Shown here piece by piece: positions 46,446-55,931 of a stretch of 64,000 bases of DNA; the stretch's first letter is position 1, and each line of letters starts with the position of its first letter. The notes below the pieces were generated by a model that made no database searches, was not told the DNA's origin, and saw only the letters and a list, made by a program, of their open reading frames with translations. Origin of the DNA: an uncultured Alcaligenaceae bacterium (lineage in GTDB: Bacteria; Planctomycetota; Planctomycetia; Gemmatales; Gemmataceae). A program made the position numbers and the translations under genes. Location: the NCBI GenBank assembly GCA_964630925.1, contig CAZVZK010000027.1:2135-66134 (forward strand), in the 5' to 3' direction.

Positions 46446-47611
46446 CACGGCTCCCCCGTCCTCCCGCAGCGGCCCACCCGCCACAGACGCAAGGCGGAGA
46501 CGCTGTCGCCGGTGAGGAGGCGCGTGCCGTCGGGTGAGAAGCACGCCGCCACGGGGCCGGCGACGTGGCCTTCCAGCGTCTCCAGCACCCGGCCCGTGCC
46601 GAGGCACCAGACCTTGACGCCCAGTGAGTGCGCCCCCATCGTCGCCGCACGCCGGCCCTCGGGCGAGGCGGCGGCGGCGTACAGCGTCTTCCCGTGGCGC
46701 AGGCGCAGCAGCTCCTTGCCGTCGGACGCCCGCAGGACCAAGGCGTCGCCCGTGGACATGCCGACGAGCAGGCGCCCGCCGGGCAGCGTGGCGATGCTGG
46801 ATGCATGGCCGCCCGTGGGCAGGGTGCGGAGACGCTTGCCGGACGCCGTGTCGTGGACGCGCAGGCCGCCTGCGGAGCTGAGGTACACCTCCTCACCGCC
46901 GGGGGAGAACGCCAGGCGAGATGCCACGTCGGCGCCGGGGCCCTGGAGGGTGCGGCGCTGCTTGCCGGTGCGGGCGTCCCAGATGATCACGGCGCCGTCC
47001 ACGCCGGCGACGGCGGCGGCGGAGCCGTCGGGCGAGAGGGCCAGCGCGAGGACCCCTTCCGGGTGCCCGCGGAACTCCCTCGTGGGCTCCAGGCCTGGCA
47101 GCGCGACGAGGCGAAAGTTCGGCCTGTCGCTGCGGCCCAGCAGGGCGCGTCTGCCGTCGCGCGACACGGAGATGACGGCGTGGGCATCGCGCTCCCTACC
47201 CGGCCCCGGGGCTGCGCCGGACTGCTTGCCGTCGGCGAGGTCGAACACGAGCGGCGCCCAGGCGGCGACGACGGCCTTGCCGTCGTGGGAGAAGCCGGCG
47301 GGGCGGAAGGAGTGCATCCAGCGGAACTGGATGGATTTGAGGGCGGCGCCGGGGCCCATCGCGCGGACGAGGCCCCAGTGTCTGGCGTGGATCTCGGACG
47401 TGACGACGTTCAGCGCCAGGCGGGCGTCCACGTCGATGCCGGGGCGGCGGGCCTCGCGGCGGAGGAAGGGGACTGCCTCCTCGCCGAGCCGACGGAGCGC
47501 CGTGACGGCGCCGTGGCGACGCTCGTCGTCCGCGAGATTGTGGACGAGGGCGAGCCATTCCCTCGGCGTCGCGGCGGGCGGTGCGGCGGCGAAGAGGAGC
47601 ACGGCGAGCAT
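46445..47611 (-). CDS. WD40 repeat (beta-propeller) protein with N-terminal signal/HEAT-like segment
   Basis: Repeating units ...GH...V.ALA.SPDG....A....DG.V.IWD...G... (e.g. FRGHPEGVLALALSPDGSAAAVAGVDGAVIIWDARTG) occur six or seven times. Confidence 0.8.
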   Translation of the reverse strand: MLAVLLFAAAPPAATPREWLALVHNLADDERRHGAVTALRRLGEEAVPFLRREARRPGIDVDARLALNVVTSEIHARHWGLVRAMGPGAALKSIQFRWMHSFRPAGFSHDGKAVVAAWAPLVFDLADGKQSGAAPGPGRERDAHAVISVSRDGRRALLGRSDRPNFRLVALPGLEPTREFRGHPEGVLALALSPDGSAAAVAGVDGAVIIWDARTGKQRRTLQGPGADVASRLAFSPGGEEVYLSSAGGLRVHDTASGKRLRTLPTGGHASSIATLPGGRLLVGMSTGDALVLRASDGKELLRLRHGKTLYAAAASPEGRRAATMGAHSLGVKVWCLGTGRVLETLEGHVAGPVAACFSPDGTRLLTGDSVSALRLWRVGRCGRTGEP

Positions 47612-47612
47612 G

Positions 47613-48770
47613 TCAGATGGCCTCGAACACCGTGGCGATGCCCTGGCCGGCGCCGATGCACATCGTCGCCAGGCCGAATTGCACCTGACGCGCCTTCATG
47701 GCGTGCAGCAGGGTCGTGGCGATGCGGGCGCCGGACGCGCCGAGCGGGTGGCCGATGGCGATGGCGCCGCCGTTGACATTCACCTTCTCGGGGTCGGCCT
47801 TGAGGGCCTTGATGACGCTCAACGCCTGGGCGGCGAACGCCTCGTTCAGCTCGATGAGGCCTATGTCGGCGAGGGAGAGCTTGGCGCGCTGGAGGGCCTT
47901 GAGGGTCGCCGGCACCGGGCCGATGCCCATGACCGAGGGGTCCACGCCGGCGACGGCCATCGCGCGGATGCGGGCCATCGGCTTGAGGCCGAGGGCCTTG
48001 GCGCGGTCCTCGGACATGACGAGGAGGGCGGCGGCGCCGACGTTCAGCGGGCTGGAGTTGCCGGCGGTGACCGTGCCGCCGTCGGGCATGAAGGCGGGGC
48101 GGAGGGCGCCGAGGGCCTCGGGGGTGGTGTCGCGGCGGATGCACTGGTCGGCGGTGAGGAGGCGTTTGCGGCCCTCGTCGTCGCGGCCCCAGGTAGGGAT
48201 GACCTCGGCCTTGAAGGCGCCGCTGTCGGTGGCGGCGGCGGCCTTCAGGTGGCTCCGGTAGGCGAACTCGTCCTGGTCCTTGCGTGGGATGCGGTAGCGG
48301 AGGGCGAGGTTCTCGGCGGTCAGGCCCATCTGCATGGTCGCGGGGCTGTGGCGGAAGTAGAGGCGCGGGCTGGGGTTGAAGCCGGCCTCCATCGGGATGT
48401 GGTGCATGTGCTCGACGCCGCCGGCGATCTGGATGTCCTCGCATTCGGCGGCGATGCTCTGGGCGGCCTGGTTGAGGGCCTGGAGGGAGGAGCCGCACAG
48501 GCGGTTGACGGTGCAGGCGCCGGCCTCGATGGGCAGGCCGGCGATGAGGGAGGCCATGCGGCCGACGTTGTAGCCCTGCTCGTCCTGCTGCTTGACGCAG
48601 CCCCAGTGGATGTCCTCGATGAGGGCGGGGTCGATGCCAGTACGAGCAAGGAGGGCCTTGATGAGGTCGGCGGACAGGTCGTCGGCGCGGGCCTCGCGGA
48701 ACATGCCCTTCTCGGGGTGGGCGCGGCCGACGGGGGTGCGGGCGGCATCGATGACGACGGCGTGACGCAT
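47613..48770 (-). CDS. Acetyl-CoA C-acyltransferase (thiolase)
   Basis: 385 aa. Active-site Cys context VNRLCGSSLQA. C-terminal NVNGGAIAIGHPLGASGARI and CIGAGQGIATVFE motifs. Confidence 0.93.
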   Translation of the reverse strand: MRHAVVIDAARTPVGRAHPEKGMFREARADDLSADLIKALLARTGIDPALIEDIHWGCVKQQDEQGYNVGRMASLIAGLPIEAGACTVNRLCGSSLQALNQAAQSIAAECEDIQIAGGVEHMHHIPMEAGFNPSPRLYFRHSPATMQMGLTAENLALRYRIPRKDQDEFAYRSHLKAAAATDSGAFKAEVIPTWGRDDEGRKRLLTADQCIRRDTTPEALGALRPAFMPDGGTVTAGNSSPLNVGAAALLVMSEDRAKALGLKPMARIRAMAVAGVDPSVMGIGPVPATLKALQRAKLSLADIGLIELNEAFAAQALSVIKALKADPEKVNVNGGAIAIGHPLGASGARIATTLLHAMKARQVQFGLATMCIGAGQGIATVFEAI

Positions 48771-48855
48771 GGCGGGGGTGCCTCGGGAGAGGGGGCACCT
48801 CCATTGTACGGACGCGGGGCGGCCGGGTATCTCCGGCCGCCCCTCTCCGAATCCG

Positions 48856-49683
48856 TCAGCGCGACGGGGCGCGCTCCTGGCGGACGGCGGCGCCGCCCCT
48901 GTTGTCGGTGGCGAGGCGCTCCTTGCGGACGCTCTCGTCCACCTTCTCGACGGAGCGGACCTTGCGGCGTCCGATGGTGACCTCCTCGACGGGGACGGTC
49001 TCCTTCTTGACCGTGACGCGCTGCTCCTTGACGGGGATGCGGATCTCGGCGGAGGCGGCGTCGGCGGGGAGGCCGCCGGGCTTCGCCTGGCCGCGGGCCG
49101 GCCGGCGGGTGATGACGACCTCCTCGCGCTCGACGGGGACGTCGATGCGCTGCCTCTCGGTGACAACCTCCTTGCGCACCGAGACGTCGCCCTTGCTCAC
49201 GTCCTGTTTCTCGACCGTGAGGCGCTCCTCGTGGAGGCGGAGGGTGCGCTCGTAGGCGTCGCGGGCGGCGTCCCTGGCCTTGCTCCAGGTGAGGGTGGAC
49301 TCACCGCGGGATCGCGGCCAGGAGCGGGCGAGGCGTTTCTCGACGTCGGTGAAGGGCTGGTCGGGGTGCTTGTTGGCGGCCTCGACGCCGAACCGGTAGG
49401 CGGGGCGGTACTCGTCGTAGGTCTTGCCCTCGGTGTAGTAGGGCCGCTTGGTGTACTCGCCCTCCCAGTACGCCTCCTCCTGGGCGGGGTCGACGGCGTC
49501 GGCGATGGCGGTGCCGGCGAAGGCGCCGGTGACGCCGCCGATGACGGCGCCGACGGCCATGCCGATCGGCCCGCCGGGGGAGCCGATGGCGGCGCCGGCG
49601 GCGGCGCCGCCGACGGCGCCCGTGCCGCCGCCGATCACCTTGCTGGAGGTGTTGTCCTTCTTGGTCCTGGTCTTGACGGCCAT
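48856..49683 (-). CDS. YsnF/AvaK (DUF2382) domain stress-response protein with Gly-zipper N-terminus
   Basis: Gly/Ala-rich N-terminus (GGGTGAVGGAAAGAAIG...). C-terminal repeated E-x-V-x-V-x-K-E pattern (LRLHEERLTVEKQDVSKGDVSVRKEVVTERQRIDVPVEREEVVI...IRIPVKEQRVTVKKETVPVEEV). Confidence 0.8.
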   Translation of the reverse strand: MAVKTRTKKDNTSSKVIGGGTGAVGGAAAGAAIGSPGGPIGMAVGAVIGGVTGAFAGTAIADAVDPAQEEAYWEGEYTKRPYYTEGKTYDEYRPAYRFGVEAANKHPDQPFTDVEKRLARSWPRSRGESTLTWSKARDAARDAYERTLRLHEERLTVEKQDVSKGDVSVRKEVVTERQRIDVPVEREEVVITRRPARGQAKPGGLPADAASAEIRIPVKEQRVTVKKETVPVEEVTIGRRKVRSVEKVDESVRKERLATDNRGGAAVRQERAPSR

Positions 49684-49767
49684 GGGTGTGCTCTCGGTCT
49701 GGTGTGTTAGGAAGTGCGCCGCCGGGGGCCGGCGGCCGTCAACACACCGAACGCAAAGGCCATGCCG

Positions 49768-50262
49768 TCAACGGGCGGCGGCGAAATACTCGGCGAGGGC
49801 GCGGGTGTGGAGGGGGAAGGCGAGCTCGACGGGGCCGGGGATGACGAGCATCTCGCTGGCCTCGCTGTTGGGGGCGAAGTCGGGGACCTCGCTGGGGTAG
49901 AAGCGGCGGCACAGGCCGAAGAGGAGGAGGAGGCCCTCGCGTGCGGCGGAGTAGGCGCGGAAGAGGCGGACCTCGCCGGCGTCGGCGACGAGGCCGGTCT
50001 CCTCGCGCAGCTCGCGGACGAGGCCCTCCTGCCAGGTCTCGCCGACCTCGAGGAAGCCGCCGGGCAGGGCCACCTTGCCCATCGCCGGCTCGATGGTGCG
50101 GCGGATGCACAGCACGCCCGAGCCGACGGGGACGATGGCGACGGCCACCGGCAGCGGGTTGATGTAGCTGACGTTCGCGCAGGACGTGCAGGCGCGCGGC
50201 CAGGGGGCGCCCTCCGGGTAGCCCGTGCCGCAGTACGAACAGAACGAGTGTTTCTTCGCCAT
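49768..50262 (-). CDS. NUDIX hydrolase with N-terminal zinc ribbon
   Basis: CSYCG...CTSC zinc ribbon. Nudix box GGFLEVGETWQEGLVRELREETGL. Confidence 0.85.
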   Translation of the reverse strand: MAKKHSFCSYCGTGYPEGAPWPRACTSCANVSYINPLPVAVAIVPVGSGVLCIRRTIEPAMGKVALPGGFLEVGETWQEGLVRELREETGLVADAGEVRLFRAYSAAREGLLLLFGLCRRFYPSEVPDFAPNSEASEMLVIPGPVELAFPLHTRALAEYFAAAR

Positions 50263-50339
50263 CGCTCCCTCCCTGGGACAGGATAGCAGGCGCGGACGTG
50301 GGGCGATAGAACATCGTCACACACCCCGGAGCCTCTCCC

Positions 50340-52427
50340 ATGATCATGCTGCTCCTCTTCGCCGCCGGCCCGCCATCCGCGCAATTCTCCCCATCGATGG
50401 CCGGACAGACGGCCAACACCTGGGTCAAGCGCTCGCCGTGGCCGTGGACGCCGCCGTCGCCACGGCTGGGGTACGAGGGGACGCTCGATTACGATCCCAT
50501 CCACAAGAAGATCGTCCGCTGGGGCGGGCACAACCAGGGCGGCGGAGGCGAGCAGAACGCCGAGACGTGGTCCTTCGACCCCGTGTCGCTGCGCTGGCGG
50601 CATCAGGACAATAACGATGCGGCGCCCGGCATCTGCTGCGGGCAGCAGAACGTCTTCGCGCCCGACGTGGGGCGCTTCATCCGCTTCGCGGCGTTCTCGG
50701 GCAGTCACGGCTGGCAGTGGGGTCGGGAGATCGCGCTGAAGAACACCTCGGTGTGGGCGTTCGACACGGGCAGGAACGTCTGGCACGACCGCCGGCCCGT
50801 GCCGGAGCCGCGGACCTCGCCGCTGCGGTGCGCATCGTGGGACTCGGATCACGGGGTCATCGTCGTCTTCGGCGGCGAGGGCAACAGCGAGGGCACGCAG
50901 GTCTATGACCCGCACACGAACACCTGGACGCGCATGGATCCGCCGGAGCAGCCGGCATTCCGTTCGGGCGGGAACATGGCGTATGACGCCGCGAGGAGGC
51001 TGCACATCCTGTTCGGGTCGCAGTTCACCGAGGACAGGCACACCTGGGCGTATGACATCCGCACGAACCGGTGGACGAGCCTGAAGCCGGGGTCGCTGCC
51101 GCCGACGAACCAGAACGACGCCGTGCTGACGTATGATCCGCATAACAGGGTGATCCTGGCGGTGATCCGGCAGCAGGACGGCAAGGGCGAGGGGGCGAAA
51201 GCGCGGCTGGAGACGTGGGCATTCGACGCCGGGAAGCGGACGTGGGCGAAGATGAACCCGCCGCGCGAGCCGGACGCGACGGGCAGCCGGGCGCGGCTGT
51301 TGACGTTCCTGCCGGACCACGGGGTGGCGCTGCTGGAGAACCGCACGTCGAGGCCGGCGGAGCAGCAAATATGGACGTATCGGTATGCCCACGCGAAGAA
51401 GGCCGACCCGGCGCCGGCGCGGGCGCGGGCCGAGGTGGCGAAGGGCCGGGTGACGCTGCGGTGGGATCCCGTGCCGACGCGGCTGGTGGTGCTGCGTGGT
51501 GAGGGCGGGGTGCCGTGGCGTGTGAGTTACAAGAAGGTCGGCGAGGCGGCGGCCGGGGCGGAGTCGTTCGAGGACAGGGGGGTGAAGGCGGGGGTGGTGT
51601 ATTCGTATCGTCTGCAAGTGGAGGACGCGGACCTGCGCCTGGGGGCGATGACGCCGCCGGTGTGGGCGCGGCCTCCGGTGCCGGACTATCTGCAAGTCTC
51701 GGCGATGAAGGGGAGCGTCGAGCTGGCGTGGGTCGGCGACAACATCGATGGGATGGGCATCCACGTCGAGCGGGCGGTCGTCGAGGTGTACGCCGACGAC
51801 CAGCTCAAGGCGGTGAAGGCGCGGACGGCGCCGCTGGCGACGCCGAGCGTTGCGGCGATCCGGCGCATCGGGCCGTTCACGCGGCTGACCGACAAGCCGA
51901 TCACCGGCAAGACGTTCACCGACCGGATCGACCTGACGAGGCCGGCGGCCATCGCGGGGAAGGCGCTGTGGGAGCGGGAGCGGCCGAAGGCGGAGGTCGA
52001 CGCGGAGGGGAAGGGCTACGGGCTCGCCGTGTATGCGTACCGCATCCGGGCGGTGAACGCGCTGGGTGTCGAGGGCGGGCCGTCGGCGTATGCCCTGACG
52101 ATCCCGGCGCCGGTGCAATCCGTGGAGTCGCGGGAGCGCGGGACGGCGTGCGATCTGCGGTGGGCGAAGTCGGAGGCGAAGGGGCTGATGGGCTACCGGG
52201 TGTACCGCCTCGACGGGAGGTATGACAAGCAGCCGGTGACACGGCTGACGGCGGAGCCGGTGCGGGGCACGGAGTACACGGACAGGTCGGCGGGGAAGGT
52301 GGCGCGGCGGTATCACGTCATCGCGGTGGACGCCCTGGGGCAGGAGGGGCTGCCGTCGGCACCGGTGTGGTTCGAGCGCGAGTGGAAGGCGTTCTACAAG
52401 CCGTTCATCGGGGAGTGGCATCAGTGA
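50340..52427 (+). CDS. Kelch-type beta-propeller protein with three FN3-like C-terminal domains
   Basis: Repeated ...YD......V.FGG.......W.YD...N.W... blades in the N-terminal ~330 aa. C-terminal units with LRWDPVP...YSYRLQV, AYRIRAVNALGVEG and YRVYRL...YHVIAVDALGQEG. Confidence 0.72.
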   Translation: MIMLLLFAAGPPSAQFSPSMAGQTANTWVKRSPWPWTPPSPRLGYEGTLDYDPIHKKIVRWGGHNQGGGGEQNAETWSFDPVSLRWRHQDNNDAAPGICCGQQNVFAPDVGRFIRFAAFSGSHGWQWGREIALKNTSVWAFDTGRNVWHDRRPVPEPRTSPLRCASWDSDHGVIVVFGGEGNSEGTQVYDPHTNTWTRMDPPEQPAFRSGGNMAYDAARRLHILFGSQFTEDRHTWAYDIRTNRWTSLKPGSLPPTNQNDAVLTYDPHNRVILAVIRQQDGKGEGAKARLETWAFDAGKRTWAKMNPPREPDATGSRARLLTFLPDHGVALLENRTSRPAEQQIWTYRYAHAKKADPAPARARAEVAKGRVTLRWDPVPTRLVVLRGEGGVPWRVSYKKVGEAAAGAESFEDRGVKAGVVYSYRLQVEDADLRLGAMTPPVWARPPVPDYLQVSAMKGSVELAWVGDNIDGMGIHVERAVVEVYADDQLKAVKARTAPLATPSVAAIRRIGPFTRLTDKPITGKTFTDRIDLTRPAAIAGKALWERERPKAEVDAEGKGYGLAVYAYRIRAVNALGVEGGPSAYALTIPAPVQSVESRERGTACDLRWAKSEAKGLMGYRVYRLDGRYDKQPVTRLTAEPVRGTEYTDRSAGKVARRYHVIAVDALGQEGLPSAPVWFEREWKAFYKPFIGEWHQ

Positions 52428-52446
52428 TGGGGCGGCGCCAACAGCC

Positions 52447-52500
52447 ACCCCACCCCCAGCCCCCTCCCCGAAACGGAGAGGGGGAGCCGGAAGAGTGTCG
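52447..52500. repeat. Solo copy of the MITE arm seen at 34863/35058
   Basis: CCACCCCACCCCCAGCCCCCTCCCCGAAACGGAGAGGGGGAGCCGGAAGAGTGTCG is about 85% identical to the arms at 34863-34919 and 35001-35058, including the internal hairpin. It lies 20 nt after the Kelch gene stop. Confidence 0.75.
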
Positions 52501-52925
52501 AAGAGTGGCGGTGGGGAAGTGGGACCGTCGCTGGGCCGCGATAGCAAGTCGGGACGTGGGACACGGGTCGCGGCGGATTCTTTTTGATGTGAGGCACCGT
52601 GGTGGGGGTTGGCCGCCGGAGGCGGCCGGCTCTTGGCTTGCCTTGTTTGGTGCAAGGACGCCGAGAGGCCCCGGCGAGGCCGGCTTTGCGGCCGGGGCCG
52701 AGCGAGCGCAGCGAGCGTGGGACCGCACAAGGCGGGGGAGGGCGTGGACGTTGGATGCTCACGGGGTCGATGACATCGCGGTTGTCGGGGCGCGTGGCCG
52801 GCGGTGCGGAGCGGGTGAACTGGGAGGTGAGCCAGGAGAGGATGCCCATGTGGGCATCATGGGCGGGGGCGGTGGTGGTCAGCGAGGGGATGGGGATAGA
52901 CTGAGGGCGGGAGGAGGGCCTGGGC

Positions 52926-53645
52926 ATGACGGAGGCGGAATGGCTGGCGTGTGAAGAACCTACGCTGCTGACGCACCTTGAACGGGGCGGGGCGGCTACG
53001 AGAGACAGGAAGTTTTGGCTGTTCGCCGTCGAGAGCTGCCGGCGCGTTTGGGGCCTGATACGGCAGGCCTGCTGCCGCCGGGCCGTGGGCGAGGCCGAGC
53101 GGTTCGCGGACGGCGAGGTCCCGCGACAGCGGCTCGTCCAGAGTTGGGAGGAGATCTCGTCCGTCATGCGGAAGCGTCCGGGGGAGCCCGCGCCGGAGCG
53201 GACCGCCGCGGACAGGGCGGCCTTCTGGCTCACGGTCCACGCCGGGCACGCGCCAACGGCCGCCTGGAACGCCAGCCTCGACACGGCACTTGCCGTGGCG
53301 CACGCGGCCTTTCCCGAAGATGGCCGCGGCGTCTGGACGATCGACGCGCACTCAGAAAGGTGGAAGGCCGCCTATCGGGCCGAGCAGGCGGGGGAGGCGG
53401 CGGCCCTCCGCGACATCTTCGGCCCGCCACACTCGGCGGTGTCGCAATGCCCATCCCGGTCCCCCGATGTGGTGACGCTTGCTGGGCACATCTACCACGA
53501 CCGCGCATTCGGCCTTATGCCGGATCTCGCCGATGCGATGGAGGAGGCGGGCTGCACGGACGCCGATCTCCTCACACACCTGCGTTCGCCCGACCTGCAT
53601 GTTAGGGGGTGCTGGGCGTTGGACCTGGTGCTGGACAGGGGGTGA
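52926..53645 (+). CDS. Cys-rich hypothetical protein, family X copy 2
   Basis: MTEAEWLACEEP...RKFWLFAVESCRRVW...AERFADGE...LADAMEEAGCTDADLLTHLRSPDLHVRGCWALDLVLDRG. Collinear with 45417..46127 along its whole length. Confidence 0.72.
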   Translation: MTEAEWLACEEPTLLTHLERGGAATRDRKFWLFAVESCRRVWGLIRQACCRRAVGEAERFADGEVPRQRLVQSWEEISSVMRKRPGEPAPERTAADRAAFWLTVHAGHAPTAAWNASLDTALAVAHAAFPEDGRGVWTIDAHSERWKAAYRAEQAGEAAALRDIFGPPHSAVSQCPSRSPDVVTLAGHIYHDRAFGLMPDLADAMEEAGCTDADLLTHLRSPDLHVRGCWALDLVLDRG

Positions 53646-53666
53646 GGCCGTGACGCAGATCGGCGG

Positions 53667-53951
53667 CTACGCCTGGCCGTTGCCGCCGGAGGGGGCGGCC
53701 TCCAACTCCTCCAAGGCGACGATATGGACCCGCGCCAGCCGCGTGACCCGGTCGTAGATCGACGAGCCCTCGACGTTCGTGAAGCCGATCATGATGTCGC
53801 GCCGGCCGACGAATACGAGGTCGGGATGGCGGATGTCGTAGCGCAGCCCCTCGCCGGCGATGATCCGGAATGGCCGGAATGACCGCTCGCGCAGCCGGGC
53901 CTGGATGTCTTCTGGCGTCAGCACGGTGGCGGCCCTCTTCGCCCTGATCAT
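53667..53951 (-). CDS. Small hypothetical protein, 'RPFxP[FY]' family, copy 3 (94 aa)
   Basis: ...TPEDIQARLRERSFRPFRIIAGEGLRYDIRHPDLVFVGRRDIMIGF... aligns with copies 1 and 2. The ATG at 53951 is preferred over the TTG at 53975. It ends 21 nt from the convergent family-X gene. Confidence 0.55.
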   Translation of the reverse strand: MIRAKRAATVLTPEDIQARLRERSFRPFRIIAGEGLRYDIRHPDLVFVGRRDIMIGFTNVEGSSIYDRVTRLARVHIVALEELEAAPSGGNGQA

Positions 53952-54143
53952 ACCGCGGGCGGCGGGGGCGTACAACCGCCGGCGGGTGTCGGCCGGTCAG
54001 GGCGTCCATGCCAGGCCGCGCCGGGGTGGGATCCGGCGCGGGCTGCCGAGAAGCGCCGGGATGTTGCTGAACTGCCACCGGTCCGCCTCTGGCACCGGTG
54101 CGATGAGCCGCCCTGTTGACCCGCAGCGCACCACCGGCAAGCG

Positions 54144-55199
54144 TCAATACCCGACGTACTTCGCATACAAGGTGCGCGCCCTGTCCTCGTCGCTCGTCCC
54201 CTTGATGATCGCCCGGCCGTCGGGGAAGACGGTGAACTCGTACTCGTCCACGTCGAACTTGAGCAGGAACTTGTTGAACGACACCTTGCCCATCGTCCCC
54301 AGGTGCCGCGCCATCTCCGCGAAGTCGAGCTTCGCCGGCTTGCGGTGCGACACCTGCACGGCGTTGCGCCCGCACAGGCTCGTCGTCTGCGAGCCGTGCT
54401 GGCCCTCCAGCCACTCGAATTGACGCCTCTGACAGCACGGGCAATCGACCGTGCCGAGCAGGCCGGCCACCTTCACCTTGCGGTGCTGGTTCTCCCACAC
54501 GTCGATGTACAGCAGCTCGCGCTGCACCATGTCCAGGTTGCCGGTCAGGATCTTGATCGCCTCCGTCGCCTGGATGCTGGAGACGATGTTGACGATGGGG
54601 CCGAGGACGCCCGCCGTCTCGCAGGTGCCCACCTCGCCCGGCGCCGGGGCCGCCTCGAACACGCAGCGCAGGCACGGCGTCTGCCCGGGGATGATCGGCA
54701 GCACGCTGCCGTGGCTGCCGACGCACCCGCCGTAGACCCACGGCTTGCCGAGCTTCACCGCCACGTCGTTGATGAGGTAGCGGACCTCGAAGTTGTCGGT
54801 GCCGTCGAGGATGAGGTCGGCGTCCTTGCACAGGCCCTCGATGTTGGTGCGGTCGATGTCCGCGACGACCGGCTCGACGGTGACGGCGGAGTTGATCGCG
54901 CGGAGCTTCTTGGCGGCGGCCTCGGCCTTGGGCATGTTCTCCGCCACGTCGGCCTCGTCGAACAGCACCTGGCGCTGGAGGTTCGACGTCTCGACGAAGT
55001 CCCTGTCGATGATGCGGACGGAGCCGACGCCGGCGCGGACGAGGCAGTTGGCGAGGACGGTGCCGAGGGCGCCGCAGCCGGCGAGCGTGACACGCGAGGC
55101 GAGGAGTTTCTCCTGGCCGGCCTCGCCGACGCCGTAGAAACGCATCTGCCGGCTGTATCGTTCCAGGGACGGTTTCACTTGCTGATGACTCCCGCTCAT
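54144..55199 (-). CDS. ThiF/MoeB-type E1-like adenylyltransferase with ThiF-type C-terminal domain
   Basis: RYSRQMRFYGVGEAGQEKL, nucleotide loop LAGCGALGTVLANCLVRAGVG..IIDRD.VE.SNLQRQ, CxxC pairs (CLRC, CPCC). C-terminus ...FPDGRAIIKGTSDEDRARTLYAKYVGY resembles Firmicutes-type ThiF. Confidence 0.88.
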   Translation of the reverse strand: MSGSHQQVKPSLERYSRQMRFYGVGEAGQEKLLASRVTLAGCGALGTVLANCLVRAGVGSVRIIDRDFVETSNLQRQVLFDEADVAENMPKAEAAAKKLRAINSAVTVEPVVADIDRTNIEGLCKDADLILDGTDNFEVRYLINDVAVKLGKPWVYGGCVGSHGSVLPIIPGQTPCLRCVFEAAPAPGEVGTCETAGVLGPIVNIVSSIQATEAIKILTGNLDMVQRELLYIDVWENQHRKVKVAGLLGTVDCPCCQRRQFEWLEGQHGSQTTSLCGRNAVQVSHRKPAKLDFAEMARHLGTMGKVSFNKFLLKFDVDEYEFTVFPDGRAIIKGTSDEDRARTLYAKYVGY

Positions 55200-55334
55200 T
55201 TCGGACGCCAAAGAGACATTGTATCGGCGCGGCGGCCGACGCGGGAGAGTTGGAAGCGCGGCCGTGCCCGTCACGCGGGGCAGGGCGAGCAGAACAAGAG
55301 GCAGTGGTCGCCCGACCCGGAACGAGTGACAGCG

Positions 55335-55562
55335 ATGAGCGACAAGGCGAAGACCCCGAAATCCGCCTGGCGGCACGCCGCCGTGATCGGCCTGGCCGTC
55401 GGCCTGGCCCTGCCGTTGTCCCAGGGGGTCGCGGCCAACACCGAGCGGGTCGTCGGCCCCTGGCCGGCGTTCGCTCTGGGCCTGCTGGCGGCGGCCATCG
55501 CCGGCGCGCTGGCGGGCCTGGCTCTGGGCCTGCTCGCGTTGCGCACCAGGAAGGCGGCCTGA
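55335..55562 (+). CDS. Small two-helix membrane protein (75 aa)
   Basis: MSDKAKTPKSAWRHAAVIGLAVGLALPL...WPAFALGLLAAAIAGALAGLALGLLALRTRKAA. Two clear hydrophobic helices, but no strong RBS. Confidence 0.4.
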   Translation: MSDKAKTPKSAWRHAAVIGLAVGLALPLSQGVAANTERVVGPWPAFALGLLAAAIAGALAGLALGLLALRTRKAA

Positions 55563-55931
55563 CGCCGTTTCCGGTGTGCAAGTTCGGGCCGCATCCTGGG
55601 TAACTCTTACACGCCACACACGGCACCCTGGCCGGGCCGCGCCGGCCCGCTCACTCCCAAACGCCTTGTCCGACAATCCCTTGCGTCCTGAACGAAGCAG
55701 GCGGGCCGAGTCTGGCACGCGGGGTGCATTGGAGTAGTGCAACAAAACCCCTCGGGCCGCATCCGCCGGCCCGCCCCTCACACCCCACAGCCTTTCCCCC
55801 GACTCATCCCCGAAGGCCGCCGGCCCCCGCCGGCGGCCTCTTCTTTTTCCTCACCCCGAGGCCCGCGGAAAAAACGCGGGCGGCCGGTGGCATGTCGCCA
55901 TCGGCCGCCCTCGCGTCATCCGATCCGAAAG

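Noticed and set aside
49707-52730. 1007-aa minus-strand ORF
   Set aside because: It is Arg/Pro-dominated (RRRPRLHRL-type text) and antisense to the Kelch/FN3 gene, and it overlaps the NUDIX gene out of frame. There is no coherent domain signal.
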